DNA of 64,000 bases, from sequence record MZ189262.1, one strand, 5' to 3'. Below the pieces are notes generated by a model. The model was given only the letters and a program-made list of their open reading frames with translations, was not told the origin of the DNA and did no database searches. This document shows positions 10,419 to 19,973 of the stretch, piece by piece. The stretch is from Escherichia phage W143. Numbering within the stretch: position 1 is the first letter of the stretch; each line of letters starts with the position of its first letter. The translations under genes were made by a program, and so were the position numbers.

Positions 10419-11165
10419 TTATCCTCGGATAAGTTTAAAAATTGAACAATTTAGCGGGTATCCTCTTTTCAGTTTAAGTTTATCAATAAAAGACAAGTTT
10501 TGATACCGCTCTACACCTTGAATAATTTTATCACACATATCATATTGCATTTCTGCTTCTGACAACTTTTTCACAGTTTTCCAATCCGAGCCTTTAAGAA
10601 GAACGTTCAATTTAACAACTTCAGCGCCTTCTGCTATACGAGAACCATCAATACGAGCTTTGAGTGCTATAATCGTTAGCTTAACGTCAGAAGTTTGTTT
10701 TGATTTAGAAAGCTGAGAAATGTGTTCAATTCGGTTTTCACGTTTTTTCTGTATAGCTTTAATTTGATTATAAGTCTTTTTGATTTTAGCCCATTTCTTT
10801 TCATCTAAATTTAGTTTATGAACTTTTTTCGCAGATGAACGACCAATTCGTAAAGCAAACAAATCACGCTTTTCAATCAACTCTTCTAAAGTATAATCAG
10901 AACGAAATGTATTATACTTTTTCTTTACTGCAATAACATTCCCTTTAATATATCCAACGTTATTATCAAAACGTTCTAATGATAATTTCTCTCCTTCAAT
11001 ACGATTATCAAAAGGTTCTCCCGAGTAAGCGCAAACTTTCTGATCTAAAATGTTCTTAATGTAATTGAAGTCCAAGTTAAAATCTTTAGAGCGTCTTTTA
11101 GCTGATGCCTGAGTATTCTCTAGACGACGTGTAATTTTACGAATTTGATTTTTAGACAGTTTCAT
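10419..11165 (-). CDS. srd: Srd (sigma-factor-like host takeover protein)
   Basis: 248-aa basic ORF at the srd position upstream of modA. Confidence 0.7.
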   Translation of the reverse strand: MKLSKNQIRKITRRLENTQASAKRRSKDFNLDFNYIKNILDQKVCAYSGEPFDNRIEGEKLSLERFDNNVGYIKGNVIAVKKKYNTFRSDYTLEELIEKRDLFALRIGRSSAKKVHKLNLDEKKWAKIKKTYNQIKAIQKKRENRIEHISQLSKSKQTSDVKLTIIALKARIDGSRIAEGAEVVKLNVLLKGSDWKTVKKLSEAEMQYDMCDKIIQGVERYQNLSFIDKLKLKRGYPLNCSIFKLIRG

Positions 11166-11194
11166 ATTTTTCTCACGGACGGTTAACTACTTAT

Positions 11195-11224
11195 ACTATA
11201 TCATTTTTACTTCAGCTTGTAAAC
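11195..11224 (-). promoter_or_regulatory. T4-type early promoter
   Basis: GTTTAC 11224-11219, 18 bp, TATAGT 11200-11195. Confidence 0.6.
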
Positions 11225-11280
11225 AACTTTATGAAAAATGCTTTAAAACTTTCATGGTATAATGAATCTAAGTCCTTCCA

Positions 11281-11883
11281 TTATAGATTAAATCCTTCAA
11301 AATCAAGAGTATAGATAGTGTATGTTGAATGCTTTTTATACTCATATCTATCTACAATTCTAAATACACTTCCAGCTGGTATCATTACTTCTTGTTCATC
11401 TGAAACTAATTCCATATTACGATAGCGATGGCTATCCGGAAACTTAAAACTCGGACTATATTCTTTACAACGTAGAGCTTTTATAGCATACTCCTGAAAA
11501 TTAAATACCATAGGAGCTTTGAATTCAAAAATAACTTGTGTGTTGTATTCTAATCCAGAAGCAAAATGTAGAGCTATATTTTTATCATATGAAGCTGATA
11601 CTACTTTATCAAATGTAATAATATCAATTCCTTGATTTAACACCTGCTTAGTCTCAACTGGAACACCTCTCCAAAGAGGTTTATCGTTTGGTTCCAAACG
11701 AGATTTGATTATTTCATTTAACCAAGAATGATCGTCTGGCTTATTAGTAATACAATGAATTAAAAGTTCAATTTCAGATAAATTAAATCCTTCAGAAAGT
11801 AATTCTTCACGAATAGAAGCACGCACCGATGCATCCATTGATTTGATTTTAAAATCTTTTAATTGCATTGCTGAATATTTCAT
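11281..11883 (-). CDS. modA: ModA ADP-ribosyltransferase
   Basis: 200-aa ORF; R (LWRGVP), S-x-S (VVSASY), E-x-E (EQEVMIP) triad. Confidence 0.85.
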   Translation of the reverse strand: MKYSAMQLKDFKIKSMDASVRASIREELLSEGFNLSEIELLIHCITNKPDDHSWLNEIIKSRLEPNDKPLWRGVPVETKQVLNQGIDIITFDKVVSASYDKNIALHFASGLEYNTQVIFEFKAPMVFNFQEYAIKALRCKEYSPSFKFPDSHRYRNMELVSDEQEVMIPAGSVFRIVDRYEYKKHSTYTIYTLDFEGFNL

Positions 11884-12515
11884 TCAACTACCTCAATATC
11901 ATACACTTTAAATGTTCCAAACGAATCGTGTAATTTTTCTTTTGAAATAGAAGTTATTTTATACTTTCCAATTGGAATCATCCATTCTTGTTCACGCACA
12001 ATCATCATTAAGTTATCAGTACGTTCTGAATCTAATCCATCAGTATCTTCATATGTATACTTAAACTCAGTATTAGGAGAAGAAAGTATAATATCGCTGA
12101 TATGGTCAGAGTAATTAAAAGCTTTATCAGTTTTTAAGCGAAGTACTATTTCAGTGAAATATTCAGCATAAGAAAAAGAACACGCTGTATGCAAACTAGT
12201 AGTAAATGAATCTACTCTGTTCGTTGAAAACACTTCTCCAACTTGTAAATCTTTAATGAGTTCTTTTGTCGATTTTGATATACCACGATATAACTGATAA
12301 GGTGATTCAGTTAAATGCTTTTTAACGATTTTATTCAACTGCCGATGAAGAGCTTCATTCTTTTTGGCTTCCATACATTGCCAAAGAACTGACTGTTCAA
12401 AGTCAGTAAATTTTTCACAGACCTTTTTATACATATCATATTGAAAATCAACGCTTTCAGCTTTTATAGATAACCGTTCAACATCTGCAAGATTAATAAT
12501 CATGATAGCCTCCAT
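11880..12515 (-). CDS. modB: ModB ADP-ribosyltransferase
   Basis: 211-aa ORF paralogous to modA (LYRGIS, FSTN, EQEWMIP). Confidence 0.85.
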   Translation of the reverse strand: MEAIMIINLADVERLSIKAESVDFQYDMYKKVCEKFTDFEQSVLWQCMEAKKNEALHRQLNKIVKKHLTESPYQLYRGISKSTKELIKDLQVGEVFSTNRVDSFTTSLHTACSFSYAEYFTEIVLRLKTDKAFNYSDHISDIILSSPNTEFKYTYEDTDGLDSERTDNLMMIVREQEWMIPIGKYKITSISKEKLHDSFGTFKVYDIEVVE

Positions 12516-12529
12516 ATACTTCAGAAGCT

Positions 12530-12559
12530 ATCATATCATTGTTAGGAAGGAAAGTAAAC
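12530..12559 (-). promoter_or_regulatory. T4-type early promoter
   Basis: GTTTAC 12559-12554, 18 bp, TATGAT. Confidence 0.55.
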
Positions 12560-12570
12560 AACTTTTTGAA

Positions 12571-12753
12571 TTATTTTGCCCAGGGAGCCCAGGGCGGAGG
12601 GTCAAGATGGTATGAAGCTAGTTCTTCTAAAAGAGCATCTGGGGCTTCAATTCCATAATTCTGTAATACTATACGGTACTCTTTCTTATAATCACTAGAA
12701 TCATTCTGGATATTCGTAGAATGATTATCTTCTAACATCTCAAATAAATCCAT
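12571..12753 (-). CDS. hypothetical protein
   Basis: 60-aa ORF. Confidence 0.45.
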   Translation of the reverse strand: MDLFEMLEDNHSTNIQNDSSDYKKEYRIVLQNYGIEAPDALLEELASYHLDPPPWAPWAK

Positions 12754-12761
12754 ATTAATTC

Positions 12762-13232
12762 CTAGCGATAAAAACCAAAATAACGATTAGTTTCAATAAT
12801 CTTTCTTTCTTCTTCGGACATTCTCCAGCGTAGTCCAACATCAAAATGAGCCCAGACCATCTTAACAAATGCATTTATATCTTTAATATCTTCAATAATG
12901 AATGTTTTACTTTTAGAAGGTTGACTAACTAATTTAACTTTATCGTCTTCAAACAGGTCAAAAAGACCATATTCATGAGCTCTTTTATAGCCTTTGATAG
13001 TTAAAGCCTCAGAAGAAGAAAATGGTGAATCAGTATTCTGCAAAATATCTTCAGTATGCTTTATAATTAGAATAACATTTTCTGGATATTTTCTTTCTTT
13101 TATATCTTTAATTAAAATATCCGGATTTTCTGCTAAAGGAATAATTAATGAGCACTTTTTATCAAGTGTATTTACTGATTTACCTTCTTTAGACATAAAT
13201 TCTATTGAATAATGTTTTGCTACTTCAATCAT
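12762..13232 (-). CDS. hypothetical protein (mrh region)
   Basis: 156-aa ORF. Confidence 0.5.
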   Translation of the reverse strand: MIEVAKHYSIEFMSKEGKSVNTLDKKCSLIIPLAENPDILIKDIKERKYPENVILIIKHTEDILQNTDSPFSSSEALTIKGYKRAHEYGLFDLFEDDKVKLVSQPSKSKTFIIEDIKDINAFVKMVWAHFDVGLRWRMSEEERKIIETNRYFGFYR

Positions 13233-13389
13233 GTGATTTCCTCTTGCCTACTAACGGGCCGTCAGGAATTTTGTTTTCCTGGATATATTTCTCATTTTCT
13301 TCCATCATTTTACTGCCAATTTTAAGAAGCAAATCCAATGCTTCATTTGCTTTAGCCTTGGCCTCTTCTAGCGTCATATCTCTGTTCAT
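13228..13389 (-). CDS. small hypothetical protein
   Basis: 53-aa ORF read from reverse complement ([21 protein letters not shown]...); fills the gap between track ORFs. Confidence 0.3.
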
Positions 13390-13589
13390 GATTTATCCCC
13401 ATAGATGTCTCTCATCAATTTAAGCGCTGAGCGTTCTAATTTCTTTTCTTTCTCGGCACTAATCATTGATTTCATCCATTCTTCTGATTCGTTCTGCATT
13501 TCTTTATTTGCCTGTTCAACCCAACCATCATCAATGTACATTGAGTTTGGTCTATTGAACCATTCAAGAATCTTCTTCAGAACTTTCAT
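13386..13589 (-). CDS. hypothetical protein
   Basis: 67-aa ORF. Confidence 0.45.
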   Translation of the reverse strand: MKVLKKILEWFNRPNSMYIDDGWVEQANKEMQNESEEWMKSMISAEKEKKLERSALKLMRDIYGDKS

Positions 13590-14049
13590 TTGTTTTACCT
13601 AAAACAATAGTAGGAGCATCGTCAAATTCATGAATTTTTAGCAAATTTGGATGTAAACTATTCCATACAGAAGAAATAAAGTATGATAAAGCATCTTCAC
13701 TTGCAATTATAAATTTATTTCCTTTATCTATTTTCCAACTATATAGTGAATCGTACGAATAAAAAGATAAAGGCTTATCATTATATTGTTCTGCGCTAAC
13801 ATTAATGTATTCGGATTTAGTAAATGCTTCAATTGCTCTAAACGGAATATTTGGTACAGTTTCAATGATACCAATCTTTTTAAGCTTTATTTCAGCATCT
13901 TCTGGAACTGGCATTGAAACGAAATTTTCTACGAGATACATTGGGTCACAATAACCCTTATCAATCATTACTGCTACTGTAATTGGAACATCTTTAGCAA
14001 ACGACATACTATTACTGCTAATATACATTTCAAACAAAATCGCTTCCAT
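13564..14049 (-). CDS. hypothetical protein
   Basis: track ORF trimmed to the ATG at 14049 (MEAILFEMY) with GAGGAAAAT Shine-Dalgarno. Confidence 0.5.
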   Translation of the reverse strand: MEAILFEMYISSNSMSFAKDVPITVAVMIDKGYCDPMYLVENFVSMPVPEDAEIKLKKIGIIETVPNIPFRAIEAFTKSEYINVSAEQYNDKPLSFYSYDSLYSWKIDKGNKFIIASEDALSYFISSVWNSLHPNLLKIHEFDDAPTIVLGKTNESSEEDS

Positions 14050-14057
14050 AATTTTCC

Positions 14058-14399
14058 TCAATCGCAAGATGTAGATGAACAACTAGAATCACAAGAACTT
14101 CCACACGAATCGCCTGTCCATACATGAACAGGAACATTAGTGTCATATGAATCAGAACTAGACTGTGTATTCTGTGCATTAGATGATGCAGTAGGTGTTG
14201 ACCAGCGCCAAGGATTTTTATAATATTCTTGGGCTTCTTCATAAGTCATAGTAACTGCTTCTACTGTTCCATCTCCCATATAAACATATTCAACTACAGT
14301 TAAAGGAAGGTAGTCGTTTGAAATAGGAACTACACCTTCTCCGGGAGTTGTAGAGAAAAAATCCGTAAAGAAACTTTTAAACCAATTGAAGATAAACAT
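14058..14399 (-). CDS. hypothetical protein with Cys/Ser-rich C-terminal tail
   Basis: 113-aa ORF ending [15 protein letters not shown]. Confidence 0.5.
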   Translation of the reverse strand: MFIFNWFKSFFTDFFSTTPGEGVVPISNDYLPLTVVEYVYMGDGTVEAVTMTYEEAQEYYKNPWRWSTPTASSNAQNTQSSSDSYDTNVPVHVWTGDSCGSSCDSSCSSTSCD

Positions 14400-14611
14400 T
14401 ACAAAAAGCCTCTTTGAAATTCGACTCTTTGAAATCCACCCCAGTCAGTGTATCGCATTTCAGCATTGAACTCGACTGAACCATCTGCATGCATCATGAA
14501 TGAATGCGTGACGATATCACAATCCCAGCTTTTCATACCCCATTTATCAGAGATAGCTTTATCAAGAACCTTCTGAAGGTCTTCATTTGGTTTAATCCAG
14601 CGATTTAACAT
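14399..14611 (-). CDS. hypothetical protein
   Basis: 70-aa ORF downstream of an early promoter. Confidence 0.5.
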   Translation of the reverse strand: MLNRWIKPNEDLQKVLDKAISDKWGMKSWDCDIVTHSFMMHADGSVEFNAEMRYTDWGGFQRVEFQRGFL

Positions 14612-14637
14612 AGTGATCTCCTCTATAAGATAGTTTT

Positions 14638-14667
14638 ATTATACCATACTCATTTTGGAAAGTAAAC
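14638..14667 (-). promoter_or_regulatory. T4-type early promoter
   Basis: GTTTAC 14667-14662, 18 bp, TATAAT 14643-14638. Confidence 0.7.
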
Positions 14668-14670
14668 TGG

Positions 14671-14703
14671 CAAAATGAAAAAAGGACCCCCGAAGGAGTC
14701 CTT
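14671..14703 (-). terminator. intrinsic terminator downstream of soc
   Basis: GC hairpin AAGGAC...GTCCTT with CGAA-type loop, followed on the minus strand by UUUUUCAUUUU. Confidence 0.6.
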
Positions 14704-14709
14704 GAATTA

Positions 14710-14955
14710 TTAACCACCAGTTACTTTCCACAGATCTTCGTTTGCAGCAATCCATGCATCACGTTGATTTTCTTCGTATACAGTAGTATATGCTGCTTTT
14801 TCTGAAGGGAATATCTGGTAATGAGCACCAGAAATTTTGTGAACGTCAGAATAAAGAGGGAAAGCTACAGAAATTTCTTTTCCTTCAATTTTCTTATTTC
14901 CATCTAATTTCTGCTCAAATGTTTTAATATTAACATAACCGCGAGTACTAGCCAT
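14710..14955 (-). CDS. soc: small outer capsid protein Soc
   Basis: 81-aa ORF MASTRGYVNIKTFEQKLDG..., recognisable as Soc; exact late promoter immediately upstream. Confidence 0.9.
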   Translation of the reverse strand: MASTRGYVNIKTFEQKLDGNKKIEGKEISVAFPLYSDVHKISGAHYQIFPSEKAAYTTVYEENQRDAWIAANEDLWKVTGG

Positions 14956-14985
14956 GTAATTCTCCTTTTATTTAAATTACATGAC

Positions 14986-14993
14986 TATTTATA
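14986..14993 (-). promoter_or_regulatory. late promoter TATAAATA
   Basis: exact TATAAATA on the minus strand about 30 nt upstream of the soc ATG. Confidence 0.7.
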
Positions 14994-15027
14994 ATAAATT
15001 CTCACAGCTTTTAAGCCGTCATTTATA

Positions 15028-15546
15028 TTAATAACCTCGGTCTTGACGAGCGAAGTTTTCAGCATTTTTCAGATAATAAAGTTTAAAGATTTCTTCAGCC
15101 GTAAGACCAAGACCTTGGAACATGTTCAGAACGAAATGAAGAATATCAATCATTTCGAATTTAATTTCCAACTGGTCTTGTGGAGACAAATCAGTAATTA
15201 GAGTTTCACGGCGTTCACCATGTTGAGCTTTCCAAGGCTTCCATACTGCAGATGCATCTTTTTCGCCATTGCTCATACCGCCAAGAGAAGTCAGAAGTTC
15301 ACGGAATTCATCGTCAATATAATCTTTCTGATTACGCAGCCAATCAACAACTTCACCAGCAGTAGCCAAATCATCAGGATGACGGTTATATTCAGGTTTA
15401 TCTTTAGCTAAACGAACCTGCAAAGATTTCTGCATATCAAGCATAACCTGCAGCGGGTCTTTTTCATCACCGAGAATATCCCAGTATTCATTTTGAGCTT
15501 TATCAGCGCCTTCGATCAGATGACTACATTCGTTGAAATGTGGCAT
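15028..15546 (-). CDS. 56: dCTP pyrophosphatase gp56
   Basis: 172-aa ORF, MazG-like, at the gene 56 position between soc and gene 61. Confidence 0.85.
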   Translation of the reverse strand: MPHFNECSHLIEGADKAQNEYWDILGDEKDPLQVMLDMQKSLQVRLAKDKPEYNRHPDDLATAGEVVDWLRNQKDYIDDEFRELLTSLGGMSNGEKDASAVWKPWKAQHGERRETLITDLSPQDQLEIKFEMIDILHFVLNMFQGLGLTAEEIFKLYYLKNAENFARQDRGY

Positions 15547-15582
15547 GTTATTTTTCCTTTCAATTCATGGGTTAGTAGATTA

Positions 15583-15607
15583 ATTATACAATAAATATAT
15601 AAAGCAA
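15583..15607 (-). promoter_or_regulatory. MotA-dependent middle promoter (TTGCTTTA, 11 bp, TATAAT)
   Basis: minus-strand MotA box at 15607-15600 and TATAAT at 15588-15583, upstream of gene 56. Confidence 0.55.
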
Positions 15608-15619
15608 TAAGGAGGACAT

Positions 15620-15820
15620 ATGGTACAAAAATTAATGGCACTTGTTAATGCCATCAAAGGTAATAAAAAACGTATAGCTTTTACTATTTCTGCTATGATA
15701 GGAATTTTACTTTGGAATTTTGTTTTATCGCCAGTTGCTATTGCTCATGGCGTTAATATTCCGGTAATTACTCTTGATACATTCGTAGATTTAGCATTTG
15801 CTTTGGTTGGGTTAATTTAA
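15620..15820 (+). CDS. small hydrophobic protein, plus strand
   Basis: 66-aa ORF with two predicted TM segments; strong AAGGAGG Shine-Dalgarno 4 nt before the ATG; convergent with gene 61. Confidence 0.4.
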   Translation: MVQKLMALVNAIKGNKKRIAFTISAMIGILLWNFVLSPVAIAHGVNIPVITLDTFVDLAFALVGLI

Positions 15821-16845
15821 ATCTTAGCATATTTAGATAGCCGCATTTTAGCCATCAACCCTTGGGCAATATTATTTTTCATATATTCCATAATTTGTTC
15901 AGGGGTTGCACCTTCCTTTCTAATCATATCATTAACATCTTTTGATTTCCAGGGAGATTTGTCCCAAAACATAACCCTTTCTCCTGCATCAACTAATTTA
16001 GTCATTCGTTTAATAGTGTCAGGGTGACGAGGTTCATTATCTAAAACCCATACACGTCTATCTTTAAATGGAACAATTTCTAGGTCTAATTGACCACCCG
16101 TAATAGCTATACCATTTTCAATAAAAAGTGAATCTATAGGTCCTTCTAGAACATATACATCACCATCTTTAACTCGTTCAACACCATAGATTTTTGTTGC
16201 CTCAGGATAAGCTTTGATAGTGATATATTTTTGAGGAGCATCTTTCTTTAATGCACGTCCTTGAAAAGACTCAGCTTTTCCATTAGCATTATAAATTGGA
16301 ATAACAAGACGAGGCTCAGGTATTTCCTTTTTATATGTTCCTGGTGCTATACTATTAACTAATTTAGGCCATTCAGTTGTAAACCAAAGATATTTCCATT
16401 TGTCCTTTGGAATACAGCGAGCTTTTACGTATTTTATAATTGGATGGTCTTCCGCCAGTTTATCCAATCTAATGCATGACGGAAGAGATTTAATTATTTT
16501 CTTCTCAGGTTGTTTAGGAAGTTCTTTAGGTTTTTCTACTGGACGACTTTTACCTTTTTCTTTTCTTATTTCAAAGATATACTCACGATATAAATCGGGT
16601 TCAAACTCCTTTAAATATATTCCGATTGGTGCATGATAGTTACAGTTATAACAATGAATATTCCCTTCATTATTATCGCCATAATACCATCCACGGGCTT
16701 TATTTTGGTCGGTTTTTGAATCTCCACAAACCGGGCATCTAAACCGTAATTTAAAAGTTGAACTATTATTTACTTGTGTGAATTTAGGTAAATGAGCTAG
16801 CGCACGATATGCAAACTCATTATCAATCCAAGGTATTGATGACAT
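15817..16845 (-). CDS. 61: DNA primase gp61
   Basis: 342-aa ORF; N-terminal zinc ribbon (CPVCGDS...HCYNC) and toprim motifs (EGPID, LDNEP). Confidence 0.9.
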   Translation of the reverse strand: MSSIPWIDNEFAYRALAHLPKFTQVNNSSTFKLRFRCPVCGDSKTDQNKARGWYYGDNNEGNIHCYNCNYHAPIGIYLKEFEPDLYREYIFEIRKEKGKSRPVEKPKELPKQPEKKIIKSLPSCIRLDKLAEDHPIIKYVKARCIPKDKWKYLWFTTEWPKLVNSIAPGTYKKEIPEPRLVIPIYNANGKAESFQGRALKKDAPQKYITIKAYPEATKIYGVERVKDGDVYVLEGPIDSLFIENGIAITGGQLDLEIVPFKDRRVWVLDNEPRHPDTIKRMTKLVDAGERVMFWDKSPWKSKDVNDMIRKEGATPEQIMEYMKNNIAQGLMAKMRLSKYAKI

Positions 16846-16848
16846 TTT

Positions 16849-17013
16849 TTACTCTTCTTTTTCTTTAGATTCCTCTTTTTTCTTTTTAGGAATCTGTTCA
16901 GGACCTTTATTTACTACAGCGCCTGACGTTGTTCCAGTAGAGATATTTTCAGGATTACCACCTGAATCTCCAGCTACCATATCTTCTTTAATAAATTCTT
17001 TAAACGTTTTCAT
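16849..17013 (-). CDS. small protein with CTS-like N-terminus
   Basis: 54-aa ORF read from reverse complement (MKTFKEFIKEDMVAGDSGG...); stop abuts the gene 61 start. Confidence 0.4.
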   Translation of the reverse strand: MKTFKEFIKEDMVAGDSGGNPENISTGTTSGAVVNKGPEQIPKKKKEESKEKEE

Positions 17014-17025
17014 ATTAGCCTCTAA

Positions 17026-17319
17026 TTATTCACCTACCACTTCAGCGATGATATTTTTATTATTGAAGTTTTTATCACAATACAGAACGTAATTATACTG
17101 CATTACACCACCAGACTTAAGCTGTTTTTGTACTTCAGCTTTCATTTCAGGGCGATCACGCTCAACGATATTCATAATATCTGCTTCAATCTGAGTTTCA
17201 ACCTCAGTCTGATCTGCAGTCATAGACCATTCGCACAAATCTTTATCATAACCCGCCATAGCAGGCTGAGCAGCACAAGAAGCCAAAGCAAAAATTGCAG
17301 CAAAAACAAATTTTTTCAT
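17026..17319 (-). CDS. sp: Sp (spackle) periplasmic superinfection-exclusion protein
   Basis: 97-aa ORF with cleavable signal peptide (MKKFVFAAIFALASCAAQPAMA); size and position fit T4 sp. Confidence 0.7.
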   Translation of the reverse strand: MKKFVFAAIFALASCAAQPAMAGYDKDLCEWSMTADQTEVETQIEADIMNIVERDRPEMKAEVQKQLKSGGVMQYNYVLYCDKNFNNKNIIAEVVGE

Positions 17320-17347
17320 GATAATCTCCTCAGTAGTTTATGTTTAT

Positions 17348-17377
17348 ATAGTATCTCAATTTCCAACAAAAGTAAAC
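17348..17377 (-). promoter_or_regulatory. T4-type early promoter
   Basis: GTTTAC 17377-17372, 18 bp, TACTAT. Confidence 0.6.
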
Positions 17378-17631
17378 TATTTTATTTCCTCAAGTTCGTT
17401 AATCAATAAAAGTTCTCTGACGCTAAAAACAAAGAAAAATGTGTTCCCATCAACCATAGCATGACCGCTAATAGAACACCCTCTGCGGAATTTAGAAACT
17501 TCACAATCTAGAACTGTAAAGGGTTTTAATCCTATGACTTTAGCTGTGCGTCTATTCAGTTCACAACCACTTGCGAATTTTTCCAAATCTTCTTCTGATT
17601 TAAACTGATATTCTCTATTAACTAGCATCAT
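17377..17631 (-). CDS. hypothetical protein
   Basis: 84-aa ORF. Confidence 0.5.
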   Translation of the reverse strand: MMLVNREYQFKSEEDLEKFASGCELNRRTAKVIGLKPFTVLDCEVSKFRRGCSISGHAMVDGNTFFFVFSVRELLLINELEEIK

Positions 17632-17662
17632 TTTCTTTTCTCCGCGATTAGCTGATAGAATT

Positions 17663-17692
17663 ACTATAACACAACTCTATCAGCTTGTAAAC
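17663..17692 (-). promoter_or_regulatory. T4-type early promoter
   Basis: GTTTAC 17692-17687, 18 bp, TATAGT. Confidence 0.6.
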
Positions 17693-17694
17693 TA

Positions 17695-17949
17695 CTATTT
17701 TACTAGCATCAATAACTGTTTCTCTAACTTGACTATTTTACGAAAGTATCTTTTGCATTGGCGAATCTGTCGCTTCGTAGGACGTACAACAAACTCAATA
17801 AATTCCACTCGACCGAATGGAGGGCTTTCTTCTGCTGGAATATCTAATACCAATTCCCATGCGGATGAAATAGGTAATTTAAATTTTGTATTTTTCCTAA
17901 CACAGTATGATTCACTGTATGGAGTAGGTTTAAATAAAACAATGTGCAT
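17695..17949 (-). CDS. hypothetical protein
   Basis: track ORF trimmed to the ATG at 17949 (MHIVLFK) with GAGGATAAT Shine-Dalgarno. Confidence 0.45.
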   Translation of the reverse strand: MHIVLFKPTPYSESYCVRKNTKFKLPISSAWELVLDIPAEESPPFGRVEFIEFVVRPTKRQIRQCKRYFRKIVKLEKQLLMLVK

Positions 17950-17950
17950 A

Positions 17951-18133
17951 TTATCCTCTGCAATCCACTTCACACACTTTCTTGTCATCAATGAAAGCTT
18001 TAACTAATGCTTTATTAACTTCAGCATATTGAGTAGTAGCCCATTGAACGTCATCTTTCATCATTGTGATTTCTTTAGTAAACATGCTTTCATTCTTAAA
18101 CCACCCCATAAAAACTACCTTTACCAATTCCAT
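17951..18133 (-). CDS. dmd: Dmd-like small protein (candidate RnlA/LsoA antitoxin mimic)
   Basis: 60-aa ORF directly downstream of gene 41; size and position fit T4 dmd (61.5); identity recalled, not searched. Confidence 0.45.
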   Translation of the reverse strand: MELVKVVFMGWFKNESMFTKEITMMKDDVQWATTQYAEVNKALVKAFIDDKKVCEVDCRG

Positions 18134-18162
18134 AACAATCTCCTCATTTAACCAACAAGACT

Positions 18163-18192
18163 ACTATACCATAGTCTTGTCAGCTTGTAAAC
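18163..18192 (-). promoter_or_regulatory. T4-type early promoter
   Basis: GTTTAC 18192-18187, 18 bp, TATAGT; overlaps the gene 41 stop. Confidence 0.6.
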
Positions 18193-19619
18193 TAAAATTT
18201 TAATTCGTTTGCTAAAGCATCTAACTGGGCTCGAGTAGATTCGTTTCTTTGATAGCGGTTCTGTTCAGCCTGAATCTGCTGTGAACCTGCTACTTCGTTC
18301 ACTTCAGTTGGAGTAGAATCTTGTTCAATTTCTACCCATTTCTGATTTCCTTTTTGAACACCCATCAAAAACTTATTCCATTTATTCTTATCACCATATC
18401 GTGATTTGATTTGCTTAATGAGTTGTTGTTCAGCAGCTGCTAACTCCTCGGTTTCAATGACCGCAAGCATAAAATCGGCTGTTGCTGGAAGACCGGCGGA
18501 TTCTGCAATATCGCTCATGTTAACATCGGAAGAATCCCAAGCTTGTTTACCAACCTGCGCTGCAGTCCAAAGAACAGTTTCTGTTTCAACAGCCAGAGCA
18601 CGCAATTCCTCTGCGATAGCTTTAACAGTTGTGTAACTATTTTCTGAGTAAACTCTGATGCGGCAAGATTTACAAATACCTAGATAGTCGACAATAATGA
18701 TTGTTGGAACAAAATTCTTCTTGAGCTTTAATTCGTTTAAAAGCGATCTAAATGTATTAGCGTCTGCTCCGCCAGTAGGATACTGTTTAACGATTAAACG
18801 GCCGAGAGTAGATTTCTCACGCCATTTTTCCATTTTTCCTTTATATTCAGCGTAAGAAATATGCCCATCATCAATGTCATCAAGAGAAACATCGAGCATA
18901 TTAGCGTCAATACGCTTAGCACAGACTTCTTCTGCCATTTCCATTGAAATGTAAAGAACATTATGACCGAGCTGCAAATAATCTGCTGCCAATGAACACA
19001 GACCTAATGACTTGCCAACGTTAACACCAGCCATTAAAACGTTCAGTGTTCCAGTTTCAGCTCCGCCTTTAGTAATTTTATTTAGAATTTTGAGTTTAAA
19101 TGGAACCTTACGAGCTTTATTCATATAAGATAGCCAACGTGCTTCATAGTCATCCATCCAATCATGACCAACGTAACTATCAAATGAAATTGATAATGCT
19201 TGGCGCATGATGTCAGGAATAGCACCAACATCTGGCATTTTCTTATTTCGTTTTTCTGGAGGAAGCTCAGCATTAGTTTGAATTTCAATTATTTTAGACG
19301 TAGCATTAAACATCGCCCTTTGCTGAACATATTTTTCTGTTTCTTTTACTAACCAGCTGTGGTCTTCCGGAGAATCGGTTAGTTTTGAAATAAGTGTTTT
19401 TACACCAGAATATTCTGTTTCAGTAAATGAACTATTTTCTAACGCAACATTTAACGCATTAATAGATGGAACGCTATGATACTCATTGACATGAGATTTA
19501 ATTAATTTGAATGTATTTTTAGCTGGACCACTTTCAAAATATTCTGAATCCATATATGGCCAAACTTTTGAAAAATAAGCTTGATCAAATATGAGATGAG
19601 AAAGAATAATTTCTACCAC
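18192..19619 (-). CDS. 41: replicative DNA helicase gp41 (DnaB-like)
   Basis: 475-aa ORF; Walker A GVNVGKS, DnaB-family architecture. Confidence 0.9.
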   Translation of the reverse strand: MVEIILSHLIFDQAYFSKVWPYMDSEYFESGPAKNTFKLIKSHVNEYHSVPSINALNVALENSSFTETEYSGVKTLISKLTDSPEDHSWLVKETEKYVQQRAMFNATSKIIEIQTNAELPPEKRNKKMPDVGAIPDIMRQALSISFDSYVGHDWMDDYEARWLSYMNKARKVPFKLKILNKITKGGAETGTLNVLMAGVNVGKSLGLCSLAADYLQLGHNVLYISMEMAEEVCAKRIDANMLDVSLDDIDDGHISYAEYKGKMEKWREKSTLGRLIVKQYPTGGADANTFRSLLNELKLKKNFVPTIIIVDYLGICKSCRIRVYSENSYTTVKAIAEELRALAVETETVLWTAAQVGKQAWDSSDVNMSDIAESAGLPATADFMLAVIETEELAAAEQQLIKQIKSRYGDKNKWNKFLMGVQKGNQKWVEIEQDSTPTEVNEVAGSQQIQAEQNRYQRNESTRAQLDALANELKF

Positions 19620-19628
19620 ACTTACTCC

Positions 19629-19973
19629 TTAAAAGAATTTAAATTTTTTCTTTGACCTTTTATTAAATGCATCTTGTAGTTGCATTGTAATACATTTTTC
19701 TACATGAGGAGCTAACTCAGCTTTTCTTTCTTGGTCAAGAACAGCAAAGTCCATTACGACTTTTCCATCAACCCAATCTAATTTTGTCACATACACAATG
19801 TGTGTAGAACCATCTTCTAGTTTAATGACAATCTCCTGGATAACATTTTCCATGGCAGATTTAATTATCTTAAGAGATTCATTAAAAAGACGTTCTTTTC
19901 TTTCTTCTTCCCCCTCCGAAGAGGGGGATTCATCGATAATTTCTAGATCTAAATCCAAATCATCTTTATTCAT
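19629..19973 (-). CDS. 40: gp40 head vertex assembly chaperone
   Basis: ORF between uvsX and 41; start set at MNKDDLDLDL; acidic N-terminus. Confidence 0.65.
   Translation of the reverse strand: MNKDDLDLDLEIIDESPSSEGEEERKERLFNESLKIIKSAMENVIQEIVIKLEDGSTHIVYVTKLDWVDGKVVMDFAVLDQERKAELAPHVEKCITMQLQDAFNKRSKKKFKFF

Noticed and set aside
12585-12610. Locally GC-rich patch (CCCAGGGAGCCCAGGGCGGAGGG)
   Set aside because: It lies inside a 60-aa ORF encoding a PPPWAPWAK C-terminus; no evidence of a structural RNA or foreign insertion beyond codon composition.
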